Shown here: positions 19,651 to 28,916 of the stretch, one piece after another
Layout: every line of letters starts with the position of its first letter
How positions within the stretch are numbered: position 1 is the first letter of the stretch
Assembly (NCBI GenBank): GCA_001825335.1
Contig: MHWA01000004.1
Span: 35,341-99,340, forward strand
Reading direction: 5' to 3'
DNA from: Candidatus Zambryskibacteria bacterium RIFCSPLOWO2_01_FULL_35_19
Lineage (GTDB): Bacteria; Patescibacteriota; Minisyncoccia; Phycocordibacterales; WO2-35-19
Length of the DNA: 64,000 nucleotides
The notes under the pieces: model-generated
The model's input: the letters and a program-made list of their open reading frames with translations, nothing else
Databases searched by the model: none
Told to the model about the DNA's origin: nothing
Position numbers and translations under genes: made by a program

Positions 19651-20403
19651 CTATGATTCTGAATTCTTACTCCATTCGTAAGGCCCCAAAGCCAAAAATT
19701 GGGCAACTCGCTCCTCACTGGAGAAAAACCAAGCGACAGTTTGAGTTTCAGCAATTCCCTTCCAGTACTCGTTTTCCCTCACATTTTTGAGAGCACAGAC
19801 AAGCTCCTCTGGCCAATACTCGTTAAATCTTGCTTTGATATTTTCTTTAGCTTCTCTGGTCAATCTTTGTCCAGAACGGATTATGTTTGAATAAAGTGTA
19901 TACATTTTTTCTATTTTCTTTTCTATTGCTTTACTATCTATTGTGCTTGCATTTTGTTCATTACTTAACGCTTGCACTTCGTTCAAGGGGGTGGAGCCAC
20001 TTTTTTCTCCACCCGCCTGAACTTGTTGCAAGACTAGAGTATATTCGCTTGTCCACCCCTTGCGTTTCCTAATCGTGATGAACCCCTTATCTTCTAACTT
20101 ATGAAGTGACGTAACGACTTGTCTGTAGCTGAGACCTGTTCCAGTCCCGATCTTGCCACCGCCATTTGCTATTTGTTCTATGCTCATTGTGTCCGAGTTT
20201 TTCTGGAAGCCCCAGGTTCTGCGTAAGATAAACAAAAGCACTCGTGTTTCAGAGCCATTAAGCAGGTGCATGTATGAATCCAGGAGACGAGGAAACATCC
20301 AGAAATTTTTCTTCATTTCTGGAGGAAAGCCAGGAAATTGTTTGGGGTTGTCTTGCATATTTATTAATCTTCGTCCTTCCCATCCTCTTCTTCTGCGAGC
20401 CAA
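19651..20403 (-). CDS. Phage-type replication initiator (O-like, N-terminal wHTH)
   Basis: SETRVLLFILRRTWGFQKNSDTMSIEQIA...TGLSYRQVVTSLHKLEDKGFI; true start may be ATG at 20358. Confidence 0.7.
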   Translation of the reverse strand: MARRRRGWEGRRLINMQDNPKQFPGFPPEMKKNFWMFPRLLDSYMHLLNGSETRVLLFILRRTWGFQKNSDTMSIEQIANGGGKIGTGTGLSYRQVVTSLHKLEDKGFITIRKRKGWTSEYTLVLQQVQAGGEKSGSTPLNEVQALSNEQNASTIDSKAIEKKIEKMYTLYSNIIRSGQRLTREAKENIKARFNEYWPEELVCALKNVRENEYWKGIAETQTVAWFFSSEERVAQFLALGPYEWSKNSES

Positions 20404-20693
20404 TCTCCAATTGTCATTATCTCTTCGTAGGAGTATGTGAATTTTAGATCAATCTCTCTGCCCTGAATGCGAAATACAATATTTGGACTACCCATATTTG
20501 TTAGAGAATCGTCCAAAAAAGATGGATAGAACGAAATATCAAGCCTTATGGGTTCAGTCATATGTTTGTCGTTGGTGGTATCCCATAGAATTTTGTTAAC
20601 AGCTACTACTACTTTTTCAGCAATTTCTTTAAACGAACTTTTATTAAATTCTTGTGACATTTTTTTGCCACCTTTCTTATTTGTTGTTGACAT
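20364..20693 (-). CDS. Hypothetical protein
   Basis: 109-aa ATG ORF co-oriented with the element operon. Confidence 0.55.
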   Translation of the reverse strand: MSTTNKKGGKKMSQEFNKSSFKEIAEKVVVAVNKILWDTTNDKHMTEPIRLDISFYPSFLDDSLTNMGSPNIVFRIQGREIDLKFTYSYEEIMTIGDWLAEEEDGKDED

Positions 20694-20763
20694 AATTTTA
20701 AATAATTCTTAAGAAGGAGTGTGGGAGCGGACTGACTATTGACCACCCCCAGTTCCTTTACGA

Positions 20764-21195
20764 TTACACTTTTCTATCTCTTGGGGGAACAGGAATGTTT
20801 TGAACTGATTTGTATGTGTTCTTGGTTTTCTTTTTTATCTGCTTTTTTGTCAAATAGCTTGTGTCATCTCTCATTGCCCAATATTCGTCTGGGTCATTGA
20901 AGTACATACTCGGTGTTCCCGCCTCAAACGCACCACTGGAATATTCCAAAGTGTATTTTGGATCATACGCCTTGCCGAAGCTGATTTGTCTGTTAAGCAC
21001 AAGTGGAAGTTTTTTCTTGGAAGGCAACAGTCTTATCCTCAGGATGATATCCCTGGGTATAATCTTGTCTCCTCCACTGAAAAACCCTCTTTTCTCCAAT
21101 TCTGTCGTAATCAACCATTCGGCATCATCTAACAAGTACCAGAGATATTTTTGGTCTTCTGGAAACTCTTTAATTTTTTTAATTTTGTAATTCAT
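20764..21195 (-). CDS. Hypothetical protein
   Basis: 143-aa ATG ORF co-oriented with the element operon. Confidence 0.6.
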   Translation of the reverse strand: MNYKIKKIKEFPEDQKYLWYLLDDAEWLITTELEKRGFFSGGDKIIPRDIILRIRLLPSKKKLPLVLNRQISFGKAYDPKYTLEYSSGAFEAGTPSMYFNDPDEYWAMRDDTSYLTKKQIKKKTKNTYKSVQNIPVPPRDRKV

Positions 21196-21274
21196 AGATT
21201 TTATGCGGTCGGAACGCGGAGCACTTCTACAAAGTACTCCGCTCCTGCCACCGCAATTTATTTACTAACTCAAA

Positions 21275-21589
21275 CTACTCCAGTGGAATCTGGAACTGCG
21301 CCGTCTTTGTATGCTTGCGATAGTATCTAGAGGCCAACTCCATGATAGGAGTCTTGCCTCTAAGGTCCAGTTTGATCTGAGCTTCTTTGAGCTTCGCTGG
21401 TATTTTGCCGAATGCTTTCACTAGACTTGTGGCTATCTGGTTTGCTCCGTCTTCCAGTATGGCCGGCACTATTCCGTAACCTCTGGGCGGCATTGAGTTT
21501 TTGAATTGATATTTCATAACAATTCTTGTTTCTTGTTGGATTATTTTGTTCGCTTTGGAGAAGTATGCTAAACAAACGAGTAAAAGCAC
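21275..21589 (-). CDS. Hypothetical protein (probable start at MKYQFK)
   Basis: ORF co-oriented with neighbours; no recognisable motif. Confidence 0.4.
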   Translation of the reverse strand: MLLLVCLAYFSKANKIIQQETRIVMKYQFKNSMPPRGYGIVPAILEDGANQIATSLVKAFGKIPAKLKEAQIKLDLRGKTPIMELASRYYRKHTKTAQFQIPLE

Positions 21590-22092
21590 CCGACAAAGAG
21601 TTGCCGGAACCGACCTCTTGCTTTTTTTGTTTGTTGCTCATTTTGACGAACAAAAAATCCGCTTATAATTTGCGGATGCAAGTGGTCAGCATTACGAGAT
21701 TCTGAAGCTGATGCAAACGCATCCTGTCTGAATCCCGTTGGGGCTGAGTCCTTAGTTGTAAGTTTACACTACCATAACCTCTAATTTTTACTTTATGGAA
21801 CCTGTGGATAACGATAAAATACAACACGAAACTTTTAATCTGCAAGACACCCAGATTGCCCGTTAAAAATAAAGCCATATAAAACCATTACTTATACCCC
21901 AAAATTCAGCAGCCGTGAACGCGCAGCCCGACGAAATGATGCTAGCCACCTACTCCTAGTCAGTGCCCAGAAAGGATGTGGCAGAGCAAAGCAGTGCCCA
22001 TTTTCTTAACTTTTCACTTTGAAAGTTGTAAACGAGTGAGGTTCGCACGGAAGCCATAATAAATGAGATTGATTGTCTCTCGCATCTTTTAT

Positions 22093-22614
22093 CTACTCAA
22101 ATTTATCAACAATTTTGTCCAGTTTGTCTGACGCTTCCAGTATCATATTCATAGACTGGTCATAGAGTTTAGAGTCATGTTTGTCTATTGCTCTTCTGTA
22201 AATCGGCATGGAATCTCTAAATAATTCAAAAGCTTGTAAAACTTCTTGATGTATAAGAATCAAGTCTTCAGGCGGAACAATGGCTTTAACTCTTTCGTAA
22301 GATTTTTCTATGATTAGTGTGTGTTTTGCCAACTCCGTCACATCCTTATTTGTCCAGTATTGTTGATACGATTGTAAAAGATTTCGTGCCTCCATTGAAT
22401 TAGTCACATCTTCATAAACACCAATCACTTGGTTGAAGTAAACGGAGGTGCTGTATTTGTTTGCTACATATTTATTATCAGATGGTAGAGACGAAGAAGG
22501 ATTTGATCCACCAGAAAAAGCTACATAAGCCCACAACATTAGAAGCACAAAAAATAAAATAGTCAAAAATCTTTGTGTCTTCTTTGTTTTCACCTCACCA
22601 TTTGTAGAATCCAT
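22093..22614 (-). CDS. Membrane-anchored helical hypothetical protein
   Basis: TM segment FLTILFFVLLMLWAYVAF followed by an all-helical body. Confidence 0.7.
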   Translation of the reverse strand: MDSTNGEVKTKKTQRFLTILFFVLLMLWAYVAFSGGSNPSSSLPSDNKYVANKYSTSVYFNQVIGVYEDVTNSMEARNLLQSYQQYWTNKDVTELAKHTLIIEKSYERVKAIVPPEDLILIHQEVLQAFELFRDSMPIYRRAIDKHDSKLYDQSMNMILEASDKLDKIVDKFE

Positions 22615-22968
22615 AAAATTTGAATTAAAAAAAACCTGCTACTAATGCAGGCGGCAAGACTCCGACAAAAAGCCCGCCACCAGGAAGGTCCGAAGACCTC
22701 TATAAGAGTTTCCCCTTATAACGTTGAGAACGCCCTGAATGACGGGTTGTTTGTTCTCAACGATTTTCGACCATGCCAGAGTTTGAAGCTACTGGTTTAG
22801 GTCTTTCGGACTATTTAGTTGTATTTATATAGTAATACTTGCCTCTCGTTAAGTAAACAAGTAATTTGAAAAGGCCTTATTATAAATTTATACAAAAAGG
22901 TATAATGACCTTACAAATCCATAGCCTAAACCGTTTTAGCGGCATGGCAAAAACCAACCACGAAATCC

Positions 22969-23994
22969 TCATTGAGGCCTAATTTGCGGTTGGGCGGTCG
23001 ATGAGGATTTTATATTATTCGCTTTTCCTTTAGTCCATTTTTTCGGCACTCTCCGATTCAGTTTTTGCAAGAGTTTAATCTTCAGATTTCTGGATCGGCA
23101 ATGAGAAAGGATTCCGTTATAAGAAGAAAAATTCTTATCTGTCGCTTTCCTTAGTATTCTCTTTTTGGTTTTGGTTCTCAAAATTCTGTAGCTAGGAAAA
23201 CAAACATAGCCAAGGTAATCAATGCCGCTTGAATAAGTTTTCAAGACTATCTTATCTGGATGGATTCTTAATTTTAAATTTTGCTCAGTGAAGTTTTGAA
23301 TTTTGGAAAGGCACAATTCCAAAAAACTTTTGTCTGTGTGCATAAGGATAAAATCATCAGCATATCTGATATATCCCTTGACTTTCAGTTCATGTTTCAC
23401 AAATTGATCAAGTTTATCCATGTAAATATTGGCAAAAATTTGAGAAGTGAGGTTACCAAGCGGTATGCCGGAACCAAAACTTTCCGTTATATCTTCAAAA
23501 AGTTTGATCAGTCTGCAATCAAAAGTCTCTTTTCTTAATATTTTAAGAAGTATTTCGTGGTCAACGGAATCAAAAAATTTCCTGATATCCAGCTTCAATA
23601 CCCACAATGTCCTGCTGTTATTACGAGAAAGCTTAAGTCCCATTTTATAAAGACGCTTAATGGCCCAGTGAGTGCCTTTGTATTTTCTGGAAGACCAAGA
23701 GTCAAAGATAAACTTCTTATCCCACATCTGCTCTATAACTCTGATTATTGCATGATGCAAAAGCCTGTCCCTGACGCTTGCCTTGTGAATATGCCTCTTT
23801 TTTGGATCATTAATGAAAAAGGAAAAATAACCGCCATGTTTATATACCCCATTTACCAAATCTTCATGCAATTTAAAAATATTGTCTTCAAGGTTAAGCT
23901 CAAATTCGGCGACATCCTTCTTTCTCCTTTTGTCCCTGCGAAACTCGGTCCATGCGTCGAACAAATTTTTTAGTGAAATAATTTTTTCAAACAT
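22969..23994 (-). CDS. DGR reverse transcriptase
   Basis: KKRHI, RDRLLHHA, LDIRKFFDSVDH, GIPLGNLTSQ, YADD, YLGY; short RT next to avd and TR. Confidence 0.95.
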   Translation of the reverse strand: MFEKIISLKNLFDAWTEFRRDKRRKKDVAEFELNLEDNIFKLHEDLVNGVYKHGGYFSFFINDPKKRHIHKASVRDRLLHHAIIRVIEQMWDKKFIFDSWSSRKYKGTHWAIKRLYKMGLKLSRNNSRTLWVLKLDIRKFFDSVDHEILLKILRKETFDCRLIKLFEDITESFGSGIPLGNLTSQIFANIYMDKLDQFVKHELKVKGYIRYADDFILMHTDKSFLELCLSKIQNFTEQNLKLRIHPDKIVLKTYSSGIDYLGYVCFPSYRILRTKTKKRILRKATDKNFSSYNGILSHCRSRNLKIKLLQKLNRRVPKKWTKGKANNIKSSSTAQPQIRPQ

Positions 23995-23995
23995 A

Positions 23996-24376
23996 ATGAA
24001 TACAAAAAATGATATTAAAACCGCCGAACAAACTCCTCTGTTCCAAGCAGTCTATAAGCTGTATCTATCATGGTATGTCAGATGCAGCCAAATTCCAAAG
24101 AAAGATAGATTCACTATAGGCCAAAAGACAGAAAATCTGCTTTTGGAAATTCTAATTTTGGTAGTTACCGCCTACCATACGAACAATCCGGAATATAAAA
24201 GGCAATCTCTATCTAAAGCAAATACTCTGCTTGAATGCGTCAAAGTCACTATCCGGTTGGCCAAAGATGTTAAAGCTTTGGAACAGCGCTGGTATATTGA
24301 TTACCAAACCAGAATCCAGGAAATGGGTAAAATGCTCGGCGGGTGGATCTCTAGTACATGCAAAACGAACGGATAA
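23996..24376 (+). CDS. avd: DGR accessory variability determinant (Avd, four-helix bundle)
   Basis: PKKDRFTIGQK...IRLAKD...EMGKMLGGW; 126 aa from ATG 23996. Confidence 0.92.
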   Translation: MNTKNDIKTAEQTPLFQAVYKLYLSWYVRCSQIPKKDRFTIGQKTENLLLEILILVVTAYHTNNPEYKRQSLSKANTLLECVKVTIRLAKDVKALEQRWYIDYQTRIQEMGKMLGGWISSTCKTNG

Positions 24377-24410
24377 ATGTCCGTCCGTTTTTTCTTTACG
24401 AGAGTGACTT

Positions 24411-24532
24411 CGGAGGGAAACAACACCCAAATTGTCGTTGCGTTGCCCTGGGTTATTGTTGTTGACGTTGACGCCGTTGCGGTCAGCGTTGCCGAGATTC
24501 ACAAGCTTGCCGTTAGAGGAAAGGGTTGTTTT
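24411..24532 (-). repeat. DGR template repeat (TR)
   Basis: AAC/AAT-rich; differs from both VRs only at adenines. Confidence 0.96.
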
Positions 24533-24747
24533 TGCGTCTCTCCATCCAGATCAGAGGCCTTAACCGGGCAGGCGCATCTTATAGGATGTAAGTAGCGCCT
24601 GTTGTGTAAAAATGTGGTGGCTGATTTAATCCGTCACCTAAGTGAATTTACATAAATCACCACTCCAGAGCGACGCAAGCAGTTCTTCTCTCATAATTCA
24701 ATGTTGGCGAGAATCATGACATGCACGATCCTTCATTAGCCATAAAC

Positions 24748-24756
24748 ATTATAGCA
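24748..24756 (-). promoter_or_regulatory. Extended -10 promoter for the TR RNA
   Basis: TGCTATAAT ~215 nt upstream of TR. Confidence 0.6.
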
Positions 24757-24825
24757 CCTCAAAAAAATTGCGGCGAAGAAACCAAAGATTCAAAGAATAA
24801 ATATCAAAGTATCAAGAGAGAAAAA

Positions 24826-25809
24826 TCAGCGGAGGGAAACAACACCCAAATTGCCGTCGCGATGCCCTGGGTCATCGTCGTTGACGTCGACGCCGCTGCG
24901 GCCAGCGTCGCCGAGATCCACAAGCCTGCCGTCAGAGGAAAGGGTGTTAGACCAGTCATAGTTTGCTTCCAAAATGCCCCTTTCTTTCCTATTTCTAAAC
25001 TGCAAAACCCAGTCATACAATATTTCCGCCGGAATACGCCTATGGTTTTTATTTATCAAAAGTTCCGAAAGTTTCCTTGCCACTTCTTTCCAATTTTTAT
25101 CATAATCTTCGTCAAGCATTTTTTGGAGTCCTTCAAGAAGTTCGTCGGTACATTCTTCTTGTTCTTCCTTTGAAACGGAATCCAAACCCATAAGATAATC
25201 GCGTAACACCTTGGTTTGTTCTATATAATTTTTACTGGTGGAATCGGGCACAAAATTTTTGCCAACCAGTTTCCATTCGGTCCTTAAAGAAGCGTTTTTG
25301 AAAAAATCTTCAGTTTGATACCAGCCTATGTCGTAAAGCAATTTTTCCTGTTCTTCTTCGCTATCTTCCTCTAAAATTGCTTGCATGAGTCCATTCATTC
25401 TCTCCATAGTCATAGGAGATCCTTCTCCATCGCTTTCTACCCGTAGCACAAGCATTTCTCCGTTCCCCTTAGCTTTTTCAAGTATTTCAGGACTATATGG
25501 AATGGCTGGCACTTTTTCTTGAGGGAATTCAAATCTAAAAGTACTCTTTATTTCTTCAACTCCATAAAAACTATCGCTCATGATCTCTTGGGCTTGTTCA
25601 TAAGAAGTTTCAATTCCTTCACTTGTTTTTTTATTACCAACACCAAGTTCTTGTTTAAGTTTTATATATTTTTCTTTTATAGCCTTGAGTTCCTGGACGC
25701 TTAAAGAGTTAAGCTCTCGGCCTTTTTGGATGACAGTTATTTCTTCAACAATTTTAGAGCCGAGCTCGCTCTCTTTTTCGGGATTTGTGGTTTTAGGTGC
25801 ACCTTCCAT
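24826..25809 (-). CDS. DGR target protein 1 (coiled coil + variable C-terminal domain)
   Basis: VR1 encodes the C-terminus; the last ~260 aa are paralogous to the C-terminal region of target 2. Confidence 0.92.
   Translation of the reverse strand: MEGAPKTTNPEKESELGSKIVEEITVIQKGRELNSLSVQELKAIKEKYIKLKQELGVGNKKTSEGIETSYEQAQEIMSDSFYGVEEIKSTFRFEFPQEKVPAIPYSPEILEKAKGNGEMLVLRVESDGEGSPMTMERMNGLMQAILEEDSEEEQEKLLYDIGWYQTEDFFKNASLRTEWKLVGKNFVPDSTSKNYIEQTKVLRDYLMGLDSVSKEEQEECTDELLEGLQKMLDEDYDKNWKEVARKLSELLINKNHRRIPAEILYDWVLQFRNRKERGILEANYDWSNTLSSDGRLVDLGDAGRSGVDVNDDDPGHRDGNLGVVSLR
24830..24945 (-). repeat. DGR variable repeat VR1
   Basis: 116 bp, 13 mismatches to TR, all at TR adenines (12 A>G, 1 A>T). 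Confidence 0.96.
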
Positions 25810-25905
25810 ATTTTTGCTTATTTAAAGCCAGTATATCATAAAAATTTTCGCGGAAAAACCAAAGGAACAAAGGGAAAAGATCAAAGGTTCAATATGAGAA
25901 AAGAA

Positions 25906-28290
25906 CTAGCGGAGGGAAACAACACCCAAATAGTCGTAGCGTAGCCCTGGGTAATCGTTGTTGACGTCGACGCCGTCGCGGTCAGCGAGGCCGAGATCCA
26001 CAAGCTCGCCGTAAGAGGAAAGGGCTGCTGTCCAATCATAGGTCTTCTCCAAAATTCGCTCATTATTGCCCTTTATGGAGAGCAAGATGTCATAAAGGAC
26101 TTCTGGCGGCAGTCTCCTGTGATTTTTGTTCACGGTAAGCTCAGAGAGTCTTCTAGCCGCCTCCTGCCAGTCTGATTTCATAATTTCGTTAATTTCTTCA
26201 AGAACTTTATCGGAACATTCTTTGGCCTCATCTTCAGTCAGAGATCCCAGTGATATTAAATATTCGCGCAATATTTTTGTTTGCTCTATATAATTTGTGG
26301 ATCCTTCAGCTTTACCGCCATAAGAAGTAGTCACCGACTCAGGAAGAGGAGCTTTGGTTGTAAGCCTCCATTTCAAGCGAGGATGAGTATTTGGAATTGG
26401 CGTGCCATCTTTATTGATTCCGGTGTAAAACGGCTCATCTTTATACCAACAACTACTTTCTAACTTTGCTGCACCAGATTTATCTTGTCCATACAAAACC
26501 TTAATTTTTTCTCCAGTAGCAGGATCGATCAATTCAGGAATCATTTCAAGCATATGAGATATGGTAAGGAACTTACCTTCTGAGTCTTTATCAACTCCGA
26601 GTACAAGCATTTCTCCATTCTCCTTGGCCTTTTCAAGATCATCCGGCGAATATGGCATATCTGGAATATCTTCAAGAGCCACTTTGATACCAAAAGTCTT
26701 TTCAATTTTTTCAGGTCCCATATAGTCTTTGCCCAACATTTCTTTTGCTAATTCCATTTTTTTAAGCAAAGTATCAGGTGAAGTTCTTCTCTCCGGCTTT
26801 GATAGTTTACCACTGGCCTCAACTTCTGCTTTCAGTTTTTCAATATCTTTAATGAGCCCAGCCTTTTCTGGAGATATACCGGCAGTTTCTAAGCTTTTTC
26901 TTTTTGATTCTCCCGGCTTAGGTTTGTATTCCACTAATCTTATAAGCTCCCCGAGCTTTTTTCTGTCAGCGTCACTCTCCAATTTATTGGCGTAATAATA
27001 ACGGAGAGCTTGTTGCATGGTTTCGTTAATATCTCCATTATAAAATCTCAAAATAAAATCTCTGACTCTACGAGGTTCCATACGATCATCGTAAGTGAAA
27101 GGTTGAGGCTGATCTTCAGCAATTTTTCTATTTTTCAAAAGCTCTTTGGCCGCTTTATGAAATTCTTTAAATTTTTCCAAAACTTCAGGCAGTCCTTGAA
27201 TATCTTGGAGTTGCTCTGTTGTTAAACCTTCACCTCTGGCTCTGAGGAACATGTCAGGAGTTATATTTTGCGTTCCAGCTCCTATTCCAAAAAGGGCGTC
27301 TGTTGAAAATGAGAACGTGCCTTCTGGAAGTTCGGTTGGCAGTTTTTTGTAAACCCATCTTCGGAGTTGGGCAGGATCTAGTGGTTCACGACCAAAATAT
27401 CCTTTGCCTGGAGGGTTCATCAGGGCAATAATTTTGGTCTTCTCTTTATTCACAGCTACAGCTTCTGAAGCATCTTCAGACAATACGACATCTCCACCCC
27501 TTTCAAGAGAATCTAAAACTTCATGGAGACGAATGAGAATGTTTGGGGCTGAAGCGTTGAATTCGTCCAATATAATTATTTTTGTCTTGCCTTCTTCTTG
27601 CCTCAAACCGCTTGTTACTTTGCCGTCTGCAAAAATATATTCAGGATCTTCAGGTTTATTTTTGTGAGGATTGGGAATGTATCTCCCCATCAAATCTTCA
27701 ACATCAGTTGCCCCGTTGAGGTTCGCATAATGAATCTCCCAACCAAGTTCAGCTGCCATCTTTTTAACCGTTGTGGTTTTGCCTAGAGATGTTCCACCAT
27801 CAACAAGCAGAGGCTCACCGCTTACAAACGCCACAGCGATATCTCTTTGCAAAGGCAAAGCCACTTCTTTGTCATTTATAAAATCTTGGTATTGCTCTCT
27901 TCTTGGTATAAATTGACCATTACCATTTTTTGCTTTCTCCAAACCAACTCCAAGATAAGAAACGCTGCTTTCAGTTTCTTCAATAGAATTTTCAGTTATG
28001 GGAATAATCTCTACAAATAATTTACCGCTCATGGGATCCTCCGGATTGGTGTCTTCCACAACTCTAACCTTATACGGATATCCAGGCTCCGGTACTGGAG
28101 AAGATTTTGCCAAAATAATAATTTTCCTGCTTGGAGAACTGCTTTTATATTCCTTTTCGCCACTCTTTTTTTGCTGTTCTTCAAATATGACATCATCAAT
28201 AAAATTGCCCCCTTCTTGTGTCCCCACATTTTCTATTTTAGCCTTATTTTTAGGGTCAAAATTGATATTTTCCATTTCAGTGCTTGACAT
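25906..28290 (-). CDS. DGR target protein 2: MoxR/AAA_5-type AAA+ ATPase fused to the variable domain
   Basis: Walker A GGTSLGKT, Walker B IILDEFN, ALMNPPG, LDPAQLRRW; VR2 at the C-terminus. Confidence 0.92.
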   Translation of the reverse strand: MSSTEMENINFDPKNKAKIENVGTQEGGNFIDDVIFEEQQKKSGEKEYKSSSPSRKIIILAKSSPVPEPGYPYKVRVVEDTNPEDPMSGKLFVEIIPITENSIEETESSVSYLGVGLEKAKNGNGQFIPRREQYQDFINDKEVALPLQRDIAVAFVSGEPLLVDGGTSLGKTTTVKKMAAELGWEIHYANLNGATDVEDLMGRYIPNPHKNKPEDPEYIFADGKVTSGLRQEEGKTKIIILDEFNASAPNILIRLHEVLDSLERGGDVVLSEDASEAVAVNKEKTKIIALMNPPGKGYFGREPLDPAQLRRWVYKKLPTELPEGTFSFSTDALFGIGAGTQNITPDMFLRARGEGLTTEQLQDIQGLPEVLEKFKEFHKAAKELLKNRKIAEDQPQPFTYDDRMEPRRVRDFILRFYNGDINETMQQALRYYYANKLESDADRKKLGELIRLVEYKPKPGESKRKSLETAGISPEKAGLIKDIEKLKAEVEASGKLSKPERRTSPDTLLKKMELAKEMLGKDYMGPEKIEKTFGIKVALEDIPDMPYSPDDLEKAKENGEMLVLGVDKDSEGKFLTISHMLEMIPELIDPATGEKIKVLYGQDKSGAAKLESSCWYKDEPFYTGINKDGTPIPNTHPRLKWRLTTKAPLPESVTTSYGGKAEGSTNYIEQTKILREYLISLGSLTEDEAKECSDKVLEEINEIMKSDWQEAARRLSELTVNKNHRRLPPEVLYDILLSIKGNNERILEKTYDWTAALSSYGELVDLGLADRDGVDVNNDYPGLRYDYLGVVSLR
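25910..26031 (-). repeat. DGR variable repeat VR2
   Basis: 122 bp, 15 mismatches to TR, all at TR adenines (7 A>G, 6 A>T, 2 A>C). Confidence 0.96.
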
Positions 28291-28494
28291 TATAACTCAT
28301 ATTTGCTATAATATACCCAGAATAGTTCTTTAAATTGTCTGGAAGGTTTTGAAAGAAGTACGACGGGACGCTGGCTAGCCATGCCAAACTCCCCCAAACA
28401 AAACGCGCCAGACCTAGCCACGGTCCGGGACGCACCCCAGCCTCTTTAAAAAGAAGGGGCTTTTTTTTATTTAAAAATGAAAATTTTTGAGTAT

Positions 28495-28902
28495 TCATGA
28501 TTGATATGCCGGACCGCAATTGGCTAATATATTCCAGCCTTTGTCTTGAAGTTTATTCAAATCTTCTTTCAAAACAAGAAAAATCACACAGCCATTGGTA
28601 TAGTCTGGAGAAAACGTTTTTGATTCCATCACGTTATTATCAAAAATTTCCACTTGGCCTGTAGGATACTGAATCAGGAAATCATAAAAATCTTTGCTCA
28701 TATTTTCGCCTGCAACAAGATATGTTTTGGCAGAATTAAATAGATCTGAAATATTATCTGATCGTTTGAATCCTTCGCTCTCCATTGCTCCCGAAAAATC
28801 GCTCAATTGATCTCTGTCTTGGGCTATAATTAGCCCCACTTCTTTTTGGCCAAAAGTTGCCTTAAGAAAATCGGTAAATTCTTTGTTTTCAGTTTCTTTC
28901 AT
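28495..28902 (-). CDS. Hypothetical protein between the vWA and AAA+ genes
   Basis: 135-aa ORF starting 14 bp after the vWA stop. Confidence 0.75.
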   Translation of the reverse strand: MKETENKEFTDFLKATFGQKEVGLIIAQDRDQLSDFSGAMESEGFKRSDNISDLFNSAKTYLVAGENMSKDFYDFLIQYPTGQVEIFDNNVMESKTFSPDYTNGCVIFLVLKEDLNKLQDKGWNILANCGPAYQS

Positions 28903-28916
28903 ACAGCTTATTTATA

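Noticed and set aside
22969-23994. Group II intron or retron RT
   Set aside because: No maturase/endonuclease extension; Avd and the adenine-specific TR/VR pairs identify a DGR
24209-24502. 97-aa ORF resembling the target C-termini
   Set aside because: It is the translation of TR running antisense into avd, not a likely gene
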